64,000 nucleotides of DNA from an uncultured Candidatus Poseidoniales archaeon (GTDB taxonomy: Archaea > Thermoplasmatota > Poseidoniia > Poseidoniales > Thalassarchaeaceae), in contig CAXAFE010000012.1 of assembly GCA_963968165.1 (NCBI GenBank), positions 3,964 through 67,963 on the forward strand, read 5' to 3'. Shown in pieces: positions 55,408-64,000 of this stretch. Made by a program: the position numbers and the translations under genes. The notes beneath the pieces were generated by a model that saw only the letters and a program-made list of their open reading frames with translations, searched no databases and was not told the DNA's origin. Numbering within the stretch: the stretch's first letter is position 1; every line of letters starts with the position of its first letter.

Positions 55408-56418
55408 GTGAATGTGCGATTATACTTTGATTGGAGGTTAGCCCGTATTTTAGATGAAAATGATAATATAATCGACCAAATTAATTGGAATGCTGAGAAA
55501 AGTGTATCTTCTGTTGCTAAAAGGTTATTTGATATAAAAAAAGATAGATTTACTAATGAAGCTAGAATTTTATATGATAGATTTGACGAAGTAAATATAC
55601 TTCAATATGGCCATTTGAATGATCCTGATTGGCCAGAATATACTGAAGAAGAAAGAGTTTTATTTGAATCGGCGGTTTTGAGTATGGTAAAATTTGAGGT
55701 TGCTGAGTCTGCAGGGAATATGGATAGAAGATTGGATATGTTAGTTGCATCTACAAAGGAGATGAGATCTTCATGGACAACAAGTGAATCTCGTTGCATA
55801 GAATGGATTGGTTTATTTTTGACAGAATTGAATCTGGACATTGATAGAAATAAAATAATTAAAACAATAGTCTCATCTAACTCATTAAAAGAAGCTGCGG
55901 ATAAATTAGATACTTCAATATCCAAGTATGAACCATCAGATAATGAATGGCCATCTCTAAAAAGTCATTGTAAATCAGTAGTTGAGTTAGATATTAGAAT
56001 AAGAAATAATGAGGAAGCAATTAGAATTATGGCATTTGATTATGTTCCATCTTTGTCTGCACTATTAGGGCCATTAAGTGCTGCAAAGCTTATTTGTTTA
56101 GCAGGCAGTAGGGAAAGGTTGGCAAGAATGCCATCAGGATCACTGCAAGTCTTAGGTGCTCATGCCGCAATGGCCGCTCATAGAAATGGAGCACCTCCTC
56201 CCAAGCATGGGTCAGTTTTATTTTCAATCCCACAAATTAGTAAGTCTCCCAGATGGGTGAGAGGCAAAATAGCTAGATTTATAGCTGGTAAAGCAAGTAT
56301 TGCTACAAGAATAGACCATTTTAATGGACAACAATGGGGAGAAAATGAGGTCTCTAAAATCTATGATGATGTATCTAAAATAATTGATAAATTCCCAAAG
56401 CCACCCAGAAGGAAATGA
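55408..56418 (+). CDS. nop5: Nop5 (Nop56/58) C/D box sRNP core protein
   Basis: GTG start. The C-terminal Nop domain is RLARMPSGSLQVLGAHAAMAAH...PKHG...RGKIARFIAGKASIATRID. Confidence 0.85.
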   Translation: MNVRLYFDWRLARILDENDNIIDQINWNAEKSVSSVAKRLFDIKKDRFTNEARILYDRFDEVNILQYGHLNDPDWPEYTEEERVLFESAVLSMVKFEVAESAGNMDRRLDMLVASTKEMRSSWTTSESRCIEWIGLFLTELNLDIDRNKIIKTIVSSNSLKEAADKLDTSISKYEPSDNEWPSLKSHCKSVVELDIRIRNNEEAIRIMAFDYVPSLSALLGPLSAAKLICLAGSRERLARMPSGSLQVLGAHAAMAAHRNGAPPPKHGSVLFSIPQISKSPRWVRGKIARFIAGKASIATRIDHFNGQQWGENEVSKIYDDVSKIIDKFPKPPRRK

Positions 56419-56422
56419 TTTA

Positions 56423-57124
56423 ATGAAGAGAAAAACACTATCTCTGGGATGGGGCATCAGACGCGAAGGAAGAAATATATGGACAAGAAATGCAGTTAAG
56501 GGAGTTTCTGTTCGAAAGGAAAGACGGAAAAGGGATGGAAAGAATGAGTGGAGATATTGGGATCCAACTAAGTCTAAGGTTGCTGCATCACTGCACAGAA
56601 CAAAAAGGAATCCAATTCATTTATTACCGAAAATAGGACAAAGTTGCTTATATCTTGGTGCATCAATAGGAGGGACACTTAGTCATATTCATGATTGTGT
56701 ATGTGGTTCGGGAAATCATCACAAAGGGAACATAGTAGCGGTCGATATATCTCCAAGAATGATGAGAGACCTCGTTCAATTGTGCCATAGAAGGCCTGGG
56801 ATAATTCCGTTATTGGCAGATGCAAGAAAAGTTGAAGGTTTATCTCCATTCATAAATAAGAAGGTAGATTGGCTACACCAAGATTTGAGTATTGCTGATC
56901 AGGCGAAGAATTTCGTGAAAATATCGAATGTTTTTCTTAAATCTGGAGGGGTCGGCCTCCTCAGTCTAAAGGGCGATAGTGAAAGAATATCAGAGGGAGA
57001 TTTAGAAATTAGATTTCAAAATGCAGAAAGAGTATTAGAAGGTTCAAATTTGGAGATAATAGAAAGAATAGATCTAAAAGGTTTGGAGGAGAATCACATC
57101 TTGTTTCATTGTATAATGAAATAA
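56423..57124 (+). CDS. flpA: Fibrillarin rRNA/tRNA 2'-O-methyltransferase
   Basis: I prefer ATG at 56423, 5 nt after the nop5 stop. SAM-binding CLYLGASIGGTLSHIHD, followed by AVDISPRMMRDL, IIPLLADAR and VDWLHQDLS. Confidence 0.85.
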   Translation: MKRKTLSLGWGIRREGRNIWTRNAVKGVSVRKERRKRDGKNEWRYWDPTKSKVAASLHRTKRNPIHLLPKIGQSCLYLGASIGGTLSHIHDCVCGSGNHHKGNIVAVDISPRMMRDLVQLCHRRPGIIPLLADARKVEGLSPFINKKVDWLHQDLSIADQAKNFVKISNVFLKSGGVGLLSLKGDSERISEGDLEIRFQNAERVLEGSNLEIIERIDLKGLEENHILFHCIMK

Positions 57125-57180
57125 TTAAATTTATCAATTATGAGTCAATATTATATTTTAACAACTTATGTTGAGTATAT

Positions 57181-58074
57181 ATGCCTGAGTTGCCAGAAGT
57201 AGAAACTGTCCGAAGGGGGCTGGAGAATCACCTTATAGGTAGGAGGATTTTATCTGTCCAACTAAAAAGAAAGGATTTAAGATTCCCATTCCCTAATGAT
57301 TTTCAGTCTAATTTGGAGGGTCAAAAGATAGTTCAAATAGGTAGGCGAGCAAAATACTTGCTCATAAGGTTAGAAAATAATATTACATGGATTTGCCATC
57401 TTGGTATGACTGGAAGATGGACTTTATTGGGAGAAGGTAGGGCAGCCATACCAGGAAAATTTGCTTATGGAGCAGAACTTGGAAGTGGAGACGGACCCCA
57501 TGATTGGGTAATTATCAATCTAGATGATGGAGGAAAGGGAGTTTACTCAGATCATAGACGATTTGGAATTATGGATACAGTTTATTCAGAAGATGAGGAG
57601 GAGCATAAACTACTGAGAGATATAGGTCCGGAACCTATGCCAGGACAATTAACGCCTGAAATACTTACTAAAAAATTAAGAAATCGTAAAATGAATATGA
57701 AAAGTGCATTACTAAATCAAAAAATAATTGCTGGTCTTGGTAATATATATGTCAGTGAAATACTTAATAGAGCCAAAGTTTCTCCTATAAAAATTGCTAA
57801 TAGAGTTACCGGAAAAAAGGGGATAAGCAAACAAATTGAAAGAATAGTTTTTCAAACACATGCAGTAATGACAGAGGCGATTGATGCAGGAGGATCTACA
57901 CTACAAGATTTTAGAGGAGTGGATGGCGATGAGGCATTGGGTTACTTTCCGAATTCTTTTGTAGCCTATGGGAGAGAGGGCAAGAATTGTTTAAATGATA
58001 ACTGTAATGGAACTATTAAGAGGATTGTTCAATCGAATAGATCCACGTTTTATTGTATAAAATGTCAGAGATAA
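57181..58074 (+). CDS. fpg: Formamidopyrimidine-DNA glycosylase (Fpg/Nei family)
   Basis: N-terminal MPELPEVE, an H2TH region (LLNQKIIAGLGNIYVSEIL), and a C-terminal zinc finger CLNDNC...CIKCQ. Confidence 0.9.
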   Translation: MPELPEVETVRRGLENHLIGRRILSVQLKRKDLRFPFPNDFQSNLEGQKIVQIGRRAKYLLIRLENNITWICHLGMTGRWTLLGEGRAAIPGKFAYGAELGSGDGPHDWVIINLDDGGKGVYSDHRRFGIMDTVYSEDEEEHKLLRDIGPEPMPGQLTPEILTKKLRNRKMNMKSALLNQKIIAGLGNIYVSEILNRAKVSPIKIANRVTGKKGISKQIERIVFQTHAVMTEAIDAGGSTLQDFRGVDGDEALGYFPNSFVAYGREGKNCLNDNCNGTIKRIVQSNRSTFYCIKCQR

Positions 58075-58082
58075 TTATTTCA

Positions 58083-59033
58083 CTAATCTATTTTAGATGA
58101 GTTTTCTATTCCTTTGACTAGCGTTAAAAGCATTGAATTAAGTGGAGTGGGTATGCCTAAATTTTCCCCTCTATTAACAATTTCTCCACATAAAGAATCT
58201 ATTTCTGTTGGCCTATTTGCCATTACGTCCTGTAACATTGAGCAACGATTATTGGATGTCAATAATACAACATCTTTGAGTAAGTAATCAAAATCGACAT
58301 CATAAAGATCAACTCCGTATGAATAAGCAATTTGGGAAGCCTCATCCATAGAAGCTCTGGATTGATCCCATAAACTTGAATCAGATAAAATTGCACCATT
58401 TTTAAGTCCAGTAATTGCACATAATGGATTTATTCCAATATTAATTAATAATTTAATCCATATATCTTTATTAATATTCTCGCTCCAAACCGCAGATAGG
58501 TTTGATTTATTTAATAATTTGAGGAAATTTGAAGTTAAAACAGATGGTGGACTACTATTCAAATTACCAATTTTGATAGTTCCTCTTCCTTCCCAATGAA
58601 ATGAGTTTTCAGAATGCCATGCACCGTGCGTCACAGTTGAAGTAAGGACTCGATTCATACCAAATTTAGTGGAAAGGTATTCAGAATTACCTAGTCCATT
58701 TTGGATACTCATCACCATGCCATAATCTGATAATAAATCACCCGCTAATTTACTCAATACTGGCATATCATTTGATTTACCACAAATAATTACTATATCG
58801 CAGGATTTTCTTATATTTTCTGGAATTAATCCTGATTCACTATCTAGGAGTGTGAATAAATCTGGAGGAATATTCTCAATTGACCCTTCTGGACTGTATA
58901 CAATAACTCCGTCATTAGATATGATTTGAAATTTTACACCCCTGGTAACGACCACTATTTCAGCCCCAGAATCTATAAGTCCAGATAAGAAAATTCCACC
59001 AATTGATCCCAAGCCTAAGATTACCACTTTCAA
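58083..59033 (-). CDS. panE: 2-dehydropantoate 2-reductase (PanE/ApbA family)
   Basis: N-terminal VVILGLGSIGG Rossmann fold. The C-terminal block is SMLQDVMANRPTEIDSLCGEIV. Confidence 0.8.
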   Translation of the reverse strand: MKVVILGLGSIGGIFLSGLIDSGAEIVVVTRGVKFQIISNDGVIVYSPEGSIENIPPDLFTLLDSESGLIPENIRKSCDIVIICGKSNDMPVLSKLAGDLLSDYGMVMSIQNGLGNSEYLSTKFGMNRVLTSTVTHGAWHSENSFHWEGRGTIKIGNLNSSPPSVLTSNFLKLLNKSNLSAVWSENINKDIWIKLLINIGINPLCAITGLKNGAILSDSSLWDQSRASMDEASQIAYSYGVDLYDVDFDYLLKDVVLLTSNNRCSMLQDVMANRPTEIDSLCGEIVNRGENLGIPTPLNSMLLTLVKGIENSSKID

Positions 59034-61447
59034 TTATAACACCCATCTGTTAGGCATCTCGCAGCAAGATGGATAATTATTTCATCATCCATCACTTGAA
59101 CCCACGAAGTATGATGTAGATTATCTGAGTTTTTTGGATATATTGATATATTCGTACTACCATTAGATTCAACAAAATTTGGAATCGATAATTCCCATAT
59201 ATCCGTATTTATGGAATCTCCATGCCATTCAATCGATATAGGAATTATTTCTTCGCCCCTATTATAAATTGTAAAGTTAGGATTGGTGATATTTTCACCA
59301 ATAGAACCATTATTCATGATAATATCTATTCCCTCCATTATTGAGTACTTCATCACCATATTTATGCCATTGCAAACAATTAGCCATCCTGAAATTGGCA
59401 TTATTAAAGTACCATTTATAATTTCGCCTTCTCTGAATTGAATAGGAGAATATGGTTCCATCAACCATGTCCAATTTGAATCAACTTCTGTAATTGAGTT
59501 TGATGTTTTACAAAATGTTGGGTTATTTGGAGTATGAAGGATGGAGTAGTTTGAATTATCAGAATTGAACCAACTGGGTATCTGCCATTCAGTACCGGAT
59601 AACATCACTTTTGGGTTTGTATTATCTATTGGCATTAACCAATTCAAAGAAGTATTATTTACTCTGCTAAATTCTATGGAAGGACCATATTTTCTAAATT
59701 CTTCATCAATATAATTTGTAGAAATTATGGCACCCATATGGCCACGAAGACACAAGTCATTTACGCCCGTAACTGGAGATGTATAATTTATTATATCCCA
59801 ATAAGGACTTATAATTGACAAATTGCCATAATCGCCAGATAGGATATTTATTTTGGTACAAATAAGTGGAGTATCGGTATCTTGGACTAAATCCCAAAAG
59901 ACCTGCGTGGGACCAGAATAATTATCATTAGATAACATGATAAGATGTTCTTCTTCATTTCCATGAATATCTACAACAATCTTCAGATATAGTTTTTCTT
60001 CAATTATTATATTTGGAGGATTTAAAATAATTTTAACATGCGACTGTTTATCATGTGTGACATTATTAAATTTACACATTATTACAAAATCACAGCTAGA
60101 ATTAATTTGCCATAATTCGGATTGACTTCCGGCAATACTAAATTGTAAATATCCAGATATGGGTAAAATTCCATCTGGTTTCAGATTAAGATCAATAATT
60201 ATTTCCTCATTACTTTCAAAATATATTTCCTCGACCCATTCCTCAGTTGAAAGTCCTGAGTCATAATCCTCCAATATTGAAAGTGGGGTTGCCCCAGGAA
60301 AACCTAACGTTCCAAATAGTATAATGATTACTACCAGTCTAGTTTTGAAAATTTGAGTTAATTCTTGACTTTTGTCAATAATAAATGGATCTATGACATT
60401 TTCTGGACTAAAGCGTTGCCATGCTGCAAATGCAGATAAAAATAGCCATGGCAGATAGTCTAATGTGGCAAAAATAAAGATCATTAAAATTAGTGAGATT
60501 AGAAATAATGATGTCTGTTGGGTACTCGAGTTCATCTTAGATGGACCTATGAAAGAGTATAGGATTCTATCACCAGGAAAACCAGGGATTGGAAGTAATA
60601 GAATCCATCCTATAATAGATAGTCCGGTACCAGAAATTCCAATTGGATGCAACCATTGCAGCCTTAATTCAGCCATATCTCCGAAAAGAATTGAGGAAAC
60701 TAATTTTAGAAAAAGGTTGGAGGTAAAAACAATAGGGGACTCGGCGATATTGGGAGGTTCATTTGAGGTTAAGAAAACTCCATAAATTGTTAAAAATGAA
60801 CCAAACAATATGAGCGTTAATGGAATTATTGATTCTATAATAATTAATTTTCTCCTGTTTGGAAATGGCAAGTGATCCATTCTTTTTTGTGAAAGTAATC
60901 CTGCGATCCCAAATGGCCATATTGGATATAAGATTGGGAATATTATCGGTATTGCATAGCCAGTTTCGACATTATATCTACTAGCAATATAAGACCTAAG
61001 ATAGCTTGCTAATAATAAGGTTAGAATTATCGGAACTGTGAATATTGAGAAAGAGTCCTGCATCGAATCTAAATTCATAACGCCTATTGACGAGTCGTAC
61101 CTCGATAGCCATTCTGAACCCACTATGGTTAAGAAAAGTGACATCAATGACCAAATCAAAATTTGTTGCCATTTCTTAAGAATATCATTTGAAGGTGGTA
61201 ATGAAGTAATAGTGAGAATAGGAATTATTCCATCGCTTAGTGTACCTATCATTCCAAGCGAATGAAGGTGAGCGTTTAACATCAATAATGATTCACTTGC
61301 GTCTTTATTATTCGCTCCTTTTACTTCCCATGACGCAATTTTTGAAGATTGATTGCCAAGAACAAAATATCTTGAAGAAATTACTTCATATAATTCTTGA
61401 TTACTCCATGTTTCTAAATCTATAGAAATAGGTCTAGGGTTGTCCAT
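59030..61447 (-). CDS. Site-2-protease (M50)-like polytopic membrane protein lacking HExxH, with ~420-aa C-terminal extracytoplasmic domain
   Basis: LLLASYLRSYIASRYNVETGYAIPIIFPI aligns by eye with the M50 pattern HExGHxxAARRYGV...PYFIP. LLLPIPGFPGDRIL aligns with NLLPxxPLDGG. The catalytic H-E-x-x-H positions read A-S-x-x-R. Confidence 0.5.
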   Translation of the reverse strand: MDNPRPISIDLETWSNQELYEVISSRYFVLGNQSSKIASWEVKGANNKDASESLLMLNAHLHSLGMIGTLSDGIIPILTITSLPPSNDILKKWQQILIWSLMSLFLTIVGSEWLSRYDSSIGVMNLDSMQDSFSIFTVPIILTLLLASYLRSYIASRYNVETGYAIPIIFPILYPIWPFGIAGLLSQKRMDHLPFPNRRKLIIIESIIPLTLILFGSFLTIYGVFLTSNEPPNIAESPIVFTSNLFLKLVSSILFGDMAELRLQWLHPIGISGTGLSIIGWILLLPIPGFPGDRILYSFIGPSKMNSSTQQTSLFLISLILMIFIFATLDYLPWLFLSAFAAWQRFSPENVIDPFIIDKSQELTQIFKTRLVVIIILFGTLGFPGATPLSILEDYDSGLSTEEWVEEIYFESNEEIIIDLNLKPDGILPISGYLQFSIAGSQSELWQINSSCDFVIMCKFNNVTHDKQSHVKIILNPPNIIIEEKLYLKIVVDIHGNEEEHLIMLSNDNYSGPTQVFWDLVQDTDTPLICTKINILSGDYGNLSIISPYWDIINYTSPVTGVNDLCLRGHMGAIISTNYIDEEFRKYGPSIEFSRVNNTSLNWLMPIDNTNPKVMLSGTEWQIPSWFNSDNSNYSILHTPNNPTFCKTSNSITEVDSNWTWLMEPYSPIQFREGEIINGTLIMPISGWLIVCNGINMVMKYSIMEGIDIIMNNGSIGENITNPNFTIYNRGEEIIPISIEWHGDSINTDIWELSIPNFVESNGSTNISIYPKNSDNLHHTSWVQVMDDEIIIHLAARCLTDGCYN

Positions 61448-61518
61448 TATCTATCCCTCCTATATCTCCCCGGATAATGCTAGATGATAAGATACCTCGT
61501 ACTAGAGATTATCGAGTA

Positions 61519-62136
61519 TTACTTATTCTTAAATCTCTTTAATCTGAATGTTTCTTCTCTTTCCATTTCCTCTAAACGTAACTGGATAAATGTCTGTGCT
61601 TCTTTCATTTCCGGTATTACCACAAATTCTAGTGCATTCACTCTTCTTTTCGTTGCTTCTATTTCTTCTAACAATCTTTTCAATGTTGCTTCCATCTCTG
61701 CTGCTTTGACTATTTTAGAAATTAAAACAGAATAAGAATCAGCAGATTCATCTATATATGGTGATCCTCCAATAATTCCAGTCGGCCTAGTCTCGACAGT
61801 AGTTGTTAAATTGGTTCCTTCTACTTTTGGAACTACAACTCCCATTATATTTCTTCGTGAAACCATTACTTCCGGGCCGGAGGTAGCCGCTATTGCTGCA
61901 CTTTTAACTGATAAACCTCCTTCGATAGAGGATGCCAGGGCGATTGATTTTAATGCATCCCTGTATGTTCCAACAAGTTCTTCTCTTGCTTTAATCATCT
62001 CTGCAAGTAGTGTCCTAAATTCAAAAAATAACCCATCTCTTTTCATTTTTAATAGATTATAGCCACTGGAGGTTTGTTTTATCCTCCTTTTGAGATTAAT
62101 TAACTCAGAACGAGTCGGTTTTATATCCAGCACCAT
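61519..62136 (-). CDS. atpD: A/V-type ATP synthase subunit D
   Basis: The N-terminus is KPTRSELINLKRRIKQTSSGYNLLKMKRDGL. Its position follows atpB. Confidence 0.9.
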   Translation of the reverse strand: MVLDIKPTRSELINLKRRIKQTSSGYNLLKMKRDGLFFEFRTLLAEMIKAREELVGTYRDALKSIALASSIEGGLSVKSAAIAATSGPEVMVSRRNIMGVVVPKVEGTNLTTTVETRPTGIIGGSPYIDESADSYSVLISKIVKAAEMEATLKRLLEEIEATKRRVNALEFVVIPEMKEAQTFIQLRLEEMEREETFRLKRFKNK

Positions 62137-62170
62137 ATCTAATTTCTCCTATATAATATTGTGTAGATTT

Positions 62171-63556
62171 TCATTCCTTCTTTTCCGATGGATGATATTT
62201 ATCAATCCATTTTTGGTCTAAACGGACAAGGTATTTTGTATCGATATTTGAGAGTAATTCCCATGCATAATCAAGGGTACCTTCACTAATTGAACGATCT
62301 TCGTCTCGACTTTGTCTCAAAAATTTATTTTCAAAAATATCTGCAAATTTCAATAATTGTAAGTCACGCTCATTTAATGCGTCCTCGCCAACAATAGCAA
62401 CTAATCCTCTTAATTCCCTTCCTTGAGCGTATGCAGCATAGAGTTGGTCAGAAACAGACTTATGATCTTCTCGAGTCTTACCCTCTCCTATTCCAGCATT
62501 CATTAAACGGGATAGAGATGGGAGTACGTTGATTGGAGGATATATTCCTTTTTGATGTAATTCACGAGAGATAACAATTTGCCCTTCCGTAATATATCCA
62601 GAAAGATCTGGTATGGGATGAGTTATGTCATCACCAGGCATTGTTAAAATTGGGAATTGAGTGATAGATCCTTTCTTCCCTTTTACTAATCCTGCTCTTT
62701 CATACAACATTGCTAAATCAGTATACATGTAACCGGGATATCCTCGTCTTCCTGGAACTTCTTCTCTTGCAGCACCAATTTGACGGAGCGATTCACAGTA
62801 ATTTGTCATATCCGTATATATTACTAATACGTGATAGTCTTTTTCGAATGCAAGATATTCAGCAGCTGTGAGTGCTAATCTAGGCGTAATTAGCCTCTCT
62901 ACTGCTGGATCATCTGCTAGATTTACGAAAAGGCATGCATTCTCCAATGCCCCGGTTCTTTCTAAATCATGTACAAAGAAGTTATATTCTTCGGCCGTAA
63001 TTCCCATTGCACAGAAAACTACTACGAAATCATCATCGCTGTCCACTAATTTAGCTTGTCTAGCTATTTGTAGTGCAATATCATTGTGAGGAAGTCCTGA
63101 TGCACTAAAAATAGGTAGTTTTTGCCCACGAACTAATGATGTACATGCATCGATTGCCGATATTCCAGTTTGAATAAATGTATCTGGGCTTTTTCTAGAG
63201 TAAGGGTTAATAGCAGCACCAATGATATCTGCCATTTCATCTGCAACGATATCTGGCCCTCCGTCTCTAGGCCTTCCTGCACCATCAAGAATACGTCCAA
63301 TCATGTCCGTACTAACGGGAAGTTTGAATACATCGCCAAGAAATTTAATTCCGGTTTGCTTATCTATTGAAGCGGTACCTTCGAAAACCTGAACGATAAC
63401 TTGGTCATCGGACGTATCTAGAACTTGTCCATTTTTCAAAGTACCATCAGTTAATCTTAATTCAACAATCTCGCCAAATGCAACTGGTTCCGTCTTATTT
63501 AAGAATACCAAAGGCCCTTTTACATCTGTTATAGTTCTATATTCTTTTCCTGACAT
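62171..63556 (-). CDS. atpB: A/V-type ATP synthase subunit B
   Basis: Motifs are [31 protein letters not shown] and [14 protein letters not shown]. Confidence 0.95.
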   Translation of the reverse strand: MSGKEYRTITDVKGPLVFLNKTEPVAFGEIVELRLTDGTLKNGQVLDTSDDQVIVQVFEGTASIDKQTGIKFLGDVFKLPVSTDMIGRILDGAGRPRDGGPDIVADEMADIIGAAINPYSRKSPDTFIQTGISAIDACTSLVRGQKLPIFSASGLPHNDIALQIARQAKLVDSDDDFVVVFCAMGITAEEYNFFVHDLERTGALENACLFVNLADDPAVERLITPRLALTAAEYLAFEKDYHVLVIYTDMTNYCESLRQIGAAREEVPGRRGYPGYMYTDLAMLYERAGLVKGKKGSITQFPILTMPGDDITHPIPDLSGYITEGQIVISRELHQKGIYPPINVLPSLSRLMNAGIGEGKTREDHKSVSDQLYAAYAQGRELRGLVAIVGEDALNERDLQLLKFADIFENKFLRQSRDEDRSISEGTLDYAWELLSNIDTKYLVRLDQKWIDKYHPSEKKE

Positions 63557-64000
63557 CTAGTTAACCTCCATAGTTTTAGAAATCTGTTGATTCATGTTCT
63601 CCAACAATTGATCTATGTTATCCTCGTATCCTGCTTCAAATCTTCCTCTCATTAAATCTGTACGTGCTGGAACATTTACTACGTCCTCGAGTAAAGCACC
63701 TCCAGCAAGCGCCTTCTTTGATTCTTCTTGGAATGATAATATGGCTTTTGCCATGGTATATTGTAGTTTTAAATCACTGTAAGTATCAACATCATGGAAT
63801 GCATTTTGTTGTAAGAAGAATTCCCTAATCATGCGTGCTACCTCGAGAGTAAGTTGTTGGTCTACAGGCAACGCATCAGATCCAACTAATTGGACAATTT
63901 CTTGTAATTCTGCTTCTACTTGTAATAATGCACTAATTTCTGTTCTAATCTCAGGGAAATCACTTTTGATATTGTCTCTATACCATTTGTCTAAAGATGG
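63557..64000 (-). CDS. atpA: A/V-type ATP synthase subunit A, C-terminal part (N-terminus beyond window)
   Basis: The frame is open to position 64000. My translation is PSLDKWYRDNIKSDFPEIRTEISALLQVEAELQEIVQLVGSDALPVDQQLTLEVARMIREFFLQQNAF, the typical A-subunit tail. The track shows only the part from an internal Met. Confidence 0.9.
   Translation of the reverse strand, partial: PSLDKWYRDNIKSDFPEIRTEISALLQVEAELQEIVQLVGSDALPVDQQLTLEVARMIREFFLQQNAFHDVDTYSDLKLQYTMAKAILSFQEESKKALAGGALLEDVVNVPARTDLMRGRFEAGYEDNIDQLLENMNQQISKTMEVN

Noticed and set aside
1-64000. CRISPR arrays, transposons, integrases, prophage or toxin-antitoxin/defence islands
   Set aside because: I saw no regularly spaced direct repeats and no transposase, integrase or Cas-like proteins. 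No long terminal inverted repeats are evident. No gap longer than ~350 bp could hide such elements. The window looks like core chromosome.

Overview
AT-rich, very densely coding archaeal chromosomal window of about 70 features. There is no CRISPR array, rRNA, transposase or integrase. Archaeal core genes are clear: A-type ATPase A/B/D, Orc1/Cdc6, PCNA, TFS, Nop5 plus fibrillarin, ABCE1, ArcTGT and archaeal-type TIM. They are mixed with many bacterial-type metabolic genes: GlpX, class I aldolase, Fpg, PPK2, SemiSWEET, GrpE, a diflavin reductase, Rieske and BoxB-like oxygenases. By inference only, this fits a planktonic euryarchaeote such as Marine Group II/Poseidoniales. RNA genes are one tRNA-Gly(UCC) and one ~300-nt GC-rich, multi-helix RNA (about 35620-35917) that I cannot assign to RNase P or SRP by eye. 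The candidates most worth follow-up are: (1) that RNA; (2) the adjacent module of two small paralogous wHTH-like proteins, an AT-rich spacer with origin-recognition-box-like motifs, and an orphan 852-aa wHTH protein (32240-35593); (3) three translationally coupled small coiled-coil proteins with ESCRT-III/Snf7-like features (12067-13540); (4) a CoA-thioester oxidation operon built around a BoxB-like diiron oxygenase (24301-27900); (5) a site-2-protease homolog lacking HExxH (59030-61447). Other points of note are an ArcTGT lacking the zinc Cys triad, a PPAT-DPCK fusion and an EF-Tu-like pseudo-GTPase. All protein calls rest on motif recognition by eye, and no database search was run.
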